In this document: positions 62,275-64,000 of the stretch, in pieces
Numbering within the stretch: position 1 is the first letter of the stretch
Layout of the letters: the number at the start of each line of letters is the position of its first letter
Assembly (NCBI RefSeq): GCF_044704955.1
Contig: NC_091995.1
Location: 15,500,001-15,564,000, forward strand
Reading direction: 5' to 3'
Length of the DNA: 64,000 bases
Source of the DNA: Pristiophorus japonicus
Lineage: Eukaryota
Notes under the pieces: model-generated
Database searches by the model: none
The model's input: only the letters and a program-made list of their open reading frames with translations
What the model was told of the DNA's origin: nothing
Program-made: the position numbers and the translations under genes

Positions 62275-62955
62275 TCTATTCTGCCCTCTTGAGCATCCCT
62301 GATTATAATCGCTCAACCATTGTTGGCCATGCTTTCTGTTGCCTAGGCCCCAAGCTCTGGAACACCCTGCCCAAACCTCTCCACTTCTCTACCTCTCTTT
62401 CCTCCTTCAAGACGCTCCTTAAAACCTACCTCTTTGCCTGCTCTAATTTCTACTTACGCACTTCGGTACTCCTGTGACGTGCCTTGGGACGTTTCACTAT
62501 ATTAAAGGCTCTATATAAATATAAGTTGTTGTTGTTGTTGATGAATGGCACTTGACTCAATCTGGAGTCAACATAACAAAAAGAATATAAGAAATAGGAG
62601 CAGGAGTAGGCCATCTGGCACTTGGAGCCTGATCTGCCATTTAATAGGATCATAGCCGATCTGATCATGGACTCAGCTCCACTTCCCTGCTCACTCTCCA
62701 TAACCCTTCACTCCCTTGTCGCTCAAAAATCTGTCTATCTCCGCCTTAAATATATTCAATGACCCAGCCTCCACAGCTCTCTGGGGCAGAGAATTCTACA
62801 GATTTACGACCCTCTGAGAGAAGAAATTCCTCCTCATCTCAATTCTAAATGGGCAACCCCTTATTCTTAAACTATGCCCCCTAGTTCTAGGTTCCCCCAT
62901 GAGTGGAAACATCTTCTCTGCCTCTACCCCATCAAGCCCCCTCAGAAGATTATAC
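62275..62955. mobile_element. L2 3' end (+) followed by CR1 3' end (-)
   Basis: Family tails as above. Confidence 0.75.
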
Positions 62956-63099
62956 ACCTGTGAAGCACCTTAGGACGTTTCACTACTTTATAGACACTAT
63001 ATAAATACATTGCTTTTGTTGTTGTTGTTGTTATTGATGAATGGTGCTTGACTCAATCTGGAATCAGTGAAGGATTATTAAAGGATTATATACCTCGGT

Positions 63100-63806
63100 C
63101 AGGAGCCTACTATCAGCAAGGGTAGACATCGATGAGGAGGTCCAACACCGGCTCCAGGTGTGCCAGCGCAGCCTTCGGTCGCCTGAGGAAGAGAGTGTTT
63201 GAAGACCAGGACCTCAAATCTGTCACCAAGCTCATGGTCTACAGGGCAGCAGTAGAAGTACCACCAGCGCTGCCTCCTCAAGATCCTGCACCAACTTCAA
63301 TGTTCTCACCCAGGCCAACATCCCCAGCATTGAAGGACTGACCACACTCAACCAGCTCCGATGGGCGGGCCACACTGTTTGCATGCCAGACACGAGACTC
63401 CCAAAGCAAGTGCTCTACTCAGAACTCCCACATGGCAAGCGAGCCCCAGGTGGGCAGAGGAAACGTTTCAAGGACACCCTCAAAGCCTCCTTGATAAAGT
63501 GCAACATCCCCACCGACACCTGGGAGTCCTTGGCCAAAGACGGCCCTAAGTGAAGGAAGAGCATGCGGGAGGGGACTGCGCACCTCGAGTCTCATCGCCG
63601 AGAGCATGTAGAAAACAAGCGCAGGCAGCGGAAGGAGCGTGCGGCAAACCAGACTCCCCACCCACCCTTTCCTTCAACCACTGTCTGTCCCACCTGTGAC
63701 AGAGACTGTAATTCCCATATTGGACTGTTCAACCACCTGAGAACTCACTTTTAGAGTGGAAGCAAGACTTCCTCGATTTCGAGGAACTGCCTATGATGAT
63801 GATGAT
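63100..63806 (+). mobile_element. RTE-clade LINE 3' part
   Basis: ASAAFGRLRKRVFED, CPTCDRDCNSHIGLFNHLRTHF, (ATG)n tail. Confidence 0.88.
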
Positions 63807-64000
63807 TGAGGAGTGGTCTTTAAGACAGCGTGAAACAAGCAGAAGGTGGCGCTGCCTCGCATTCCTGCCCTGTCTTTTTTTCCACTCTGTTTCTCGGTTT
63901 TAGTGTTTTTTTTCTGTCTCTCTACCGCCCCCGCCCCCTTTGTAAAGCAGCAGTCAGATACTGCCCGTGCGAACGCTTAACATAAAAGGCGCGATCACTT

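Overview
Repeat-dense vertebrate DNA, most consistent with a cartilaginous fish (shark). This rests on the mix of CR1, L2, RTE, Tx1 and Vingi LINEs, SacSINE1/AmnSINE1-like DeuSINEs and Harbinger elements; the species is inferred, not shown. The one clear host gene is an intact 5-exon CCN1(CYR61)-like gene on the minus strand (ATG 36085, stop 19730-19732). It encodes 391 aa with all 38 CCN cysteines and canonical GT-AG introns of phase 0/1/1/0, and its exon 2 lies between two large minisatellites. At 2515-10018 is an internally deleted class III-like endogenous retrovirus (minus strand; TG..CA LTRs, tRNA-Trp PBS, PPT, 5-bp TSD, env TM remnant). It is interrupted by a near full-length CR1 and by the most unusual element in the window: a poly(A)-tailed, TSD-flanked retroposon built from head-to-tail, mutually diverged U2 snRNA units (8272-8620). 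Also present are a decayed two-gene Harbinger transposon, Harbinger and hAT MITEs, a Tx1 insertion with a 15-bp TSD inside a CR1, a Penelope-type end with a degenerate hammerhead ribozyme, nested insertions and a 151-N assembly gap. Repeat boundaries were read by eye and are approximate unless a TSD or TIR is cited.
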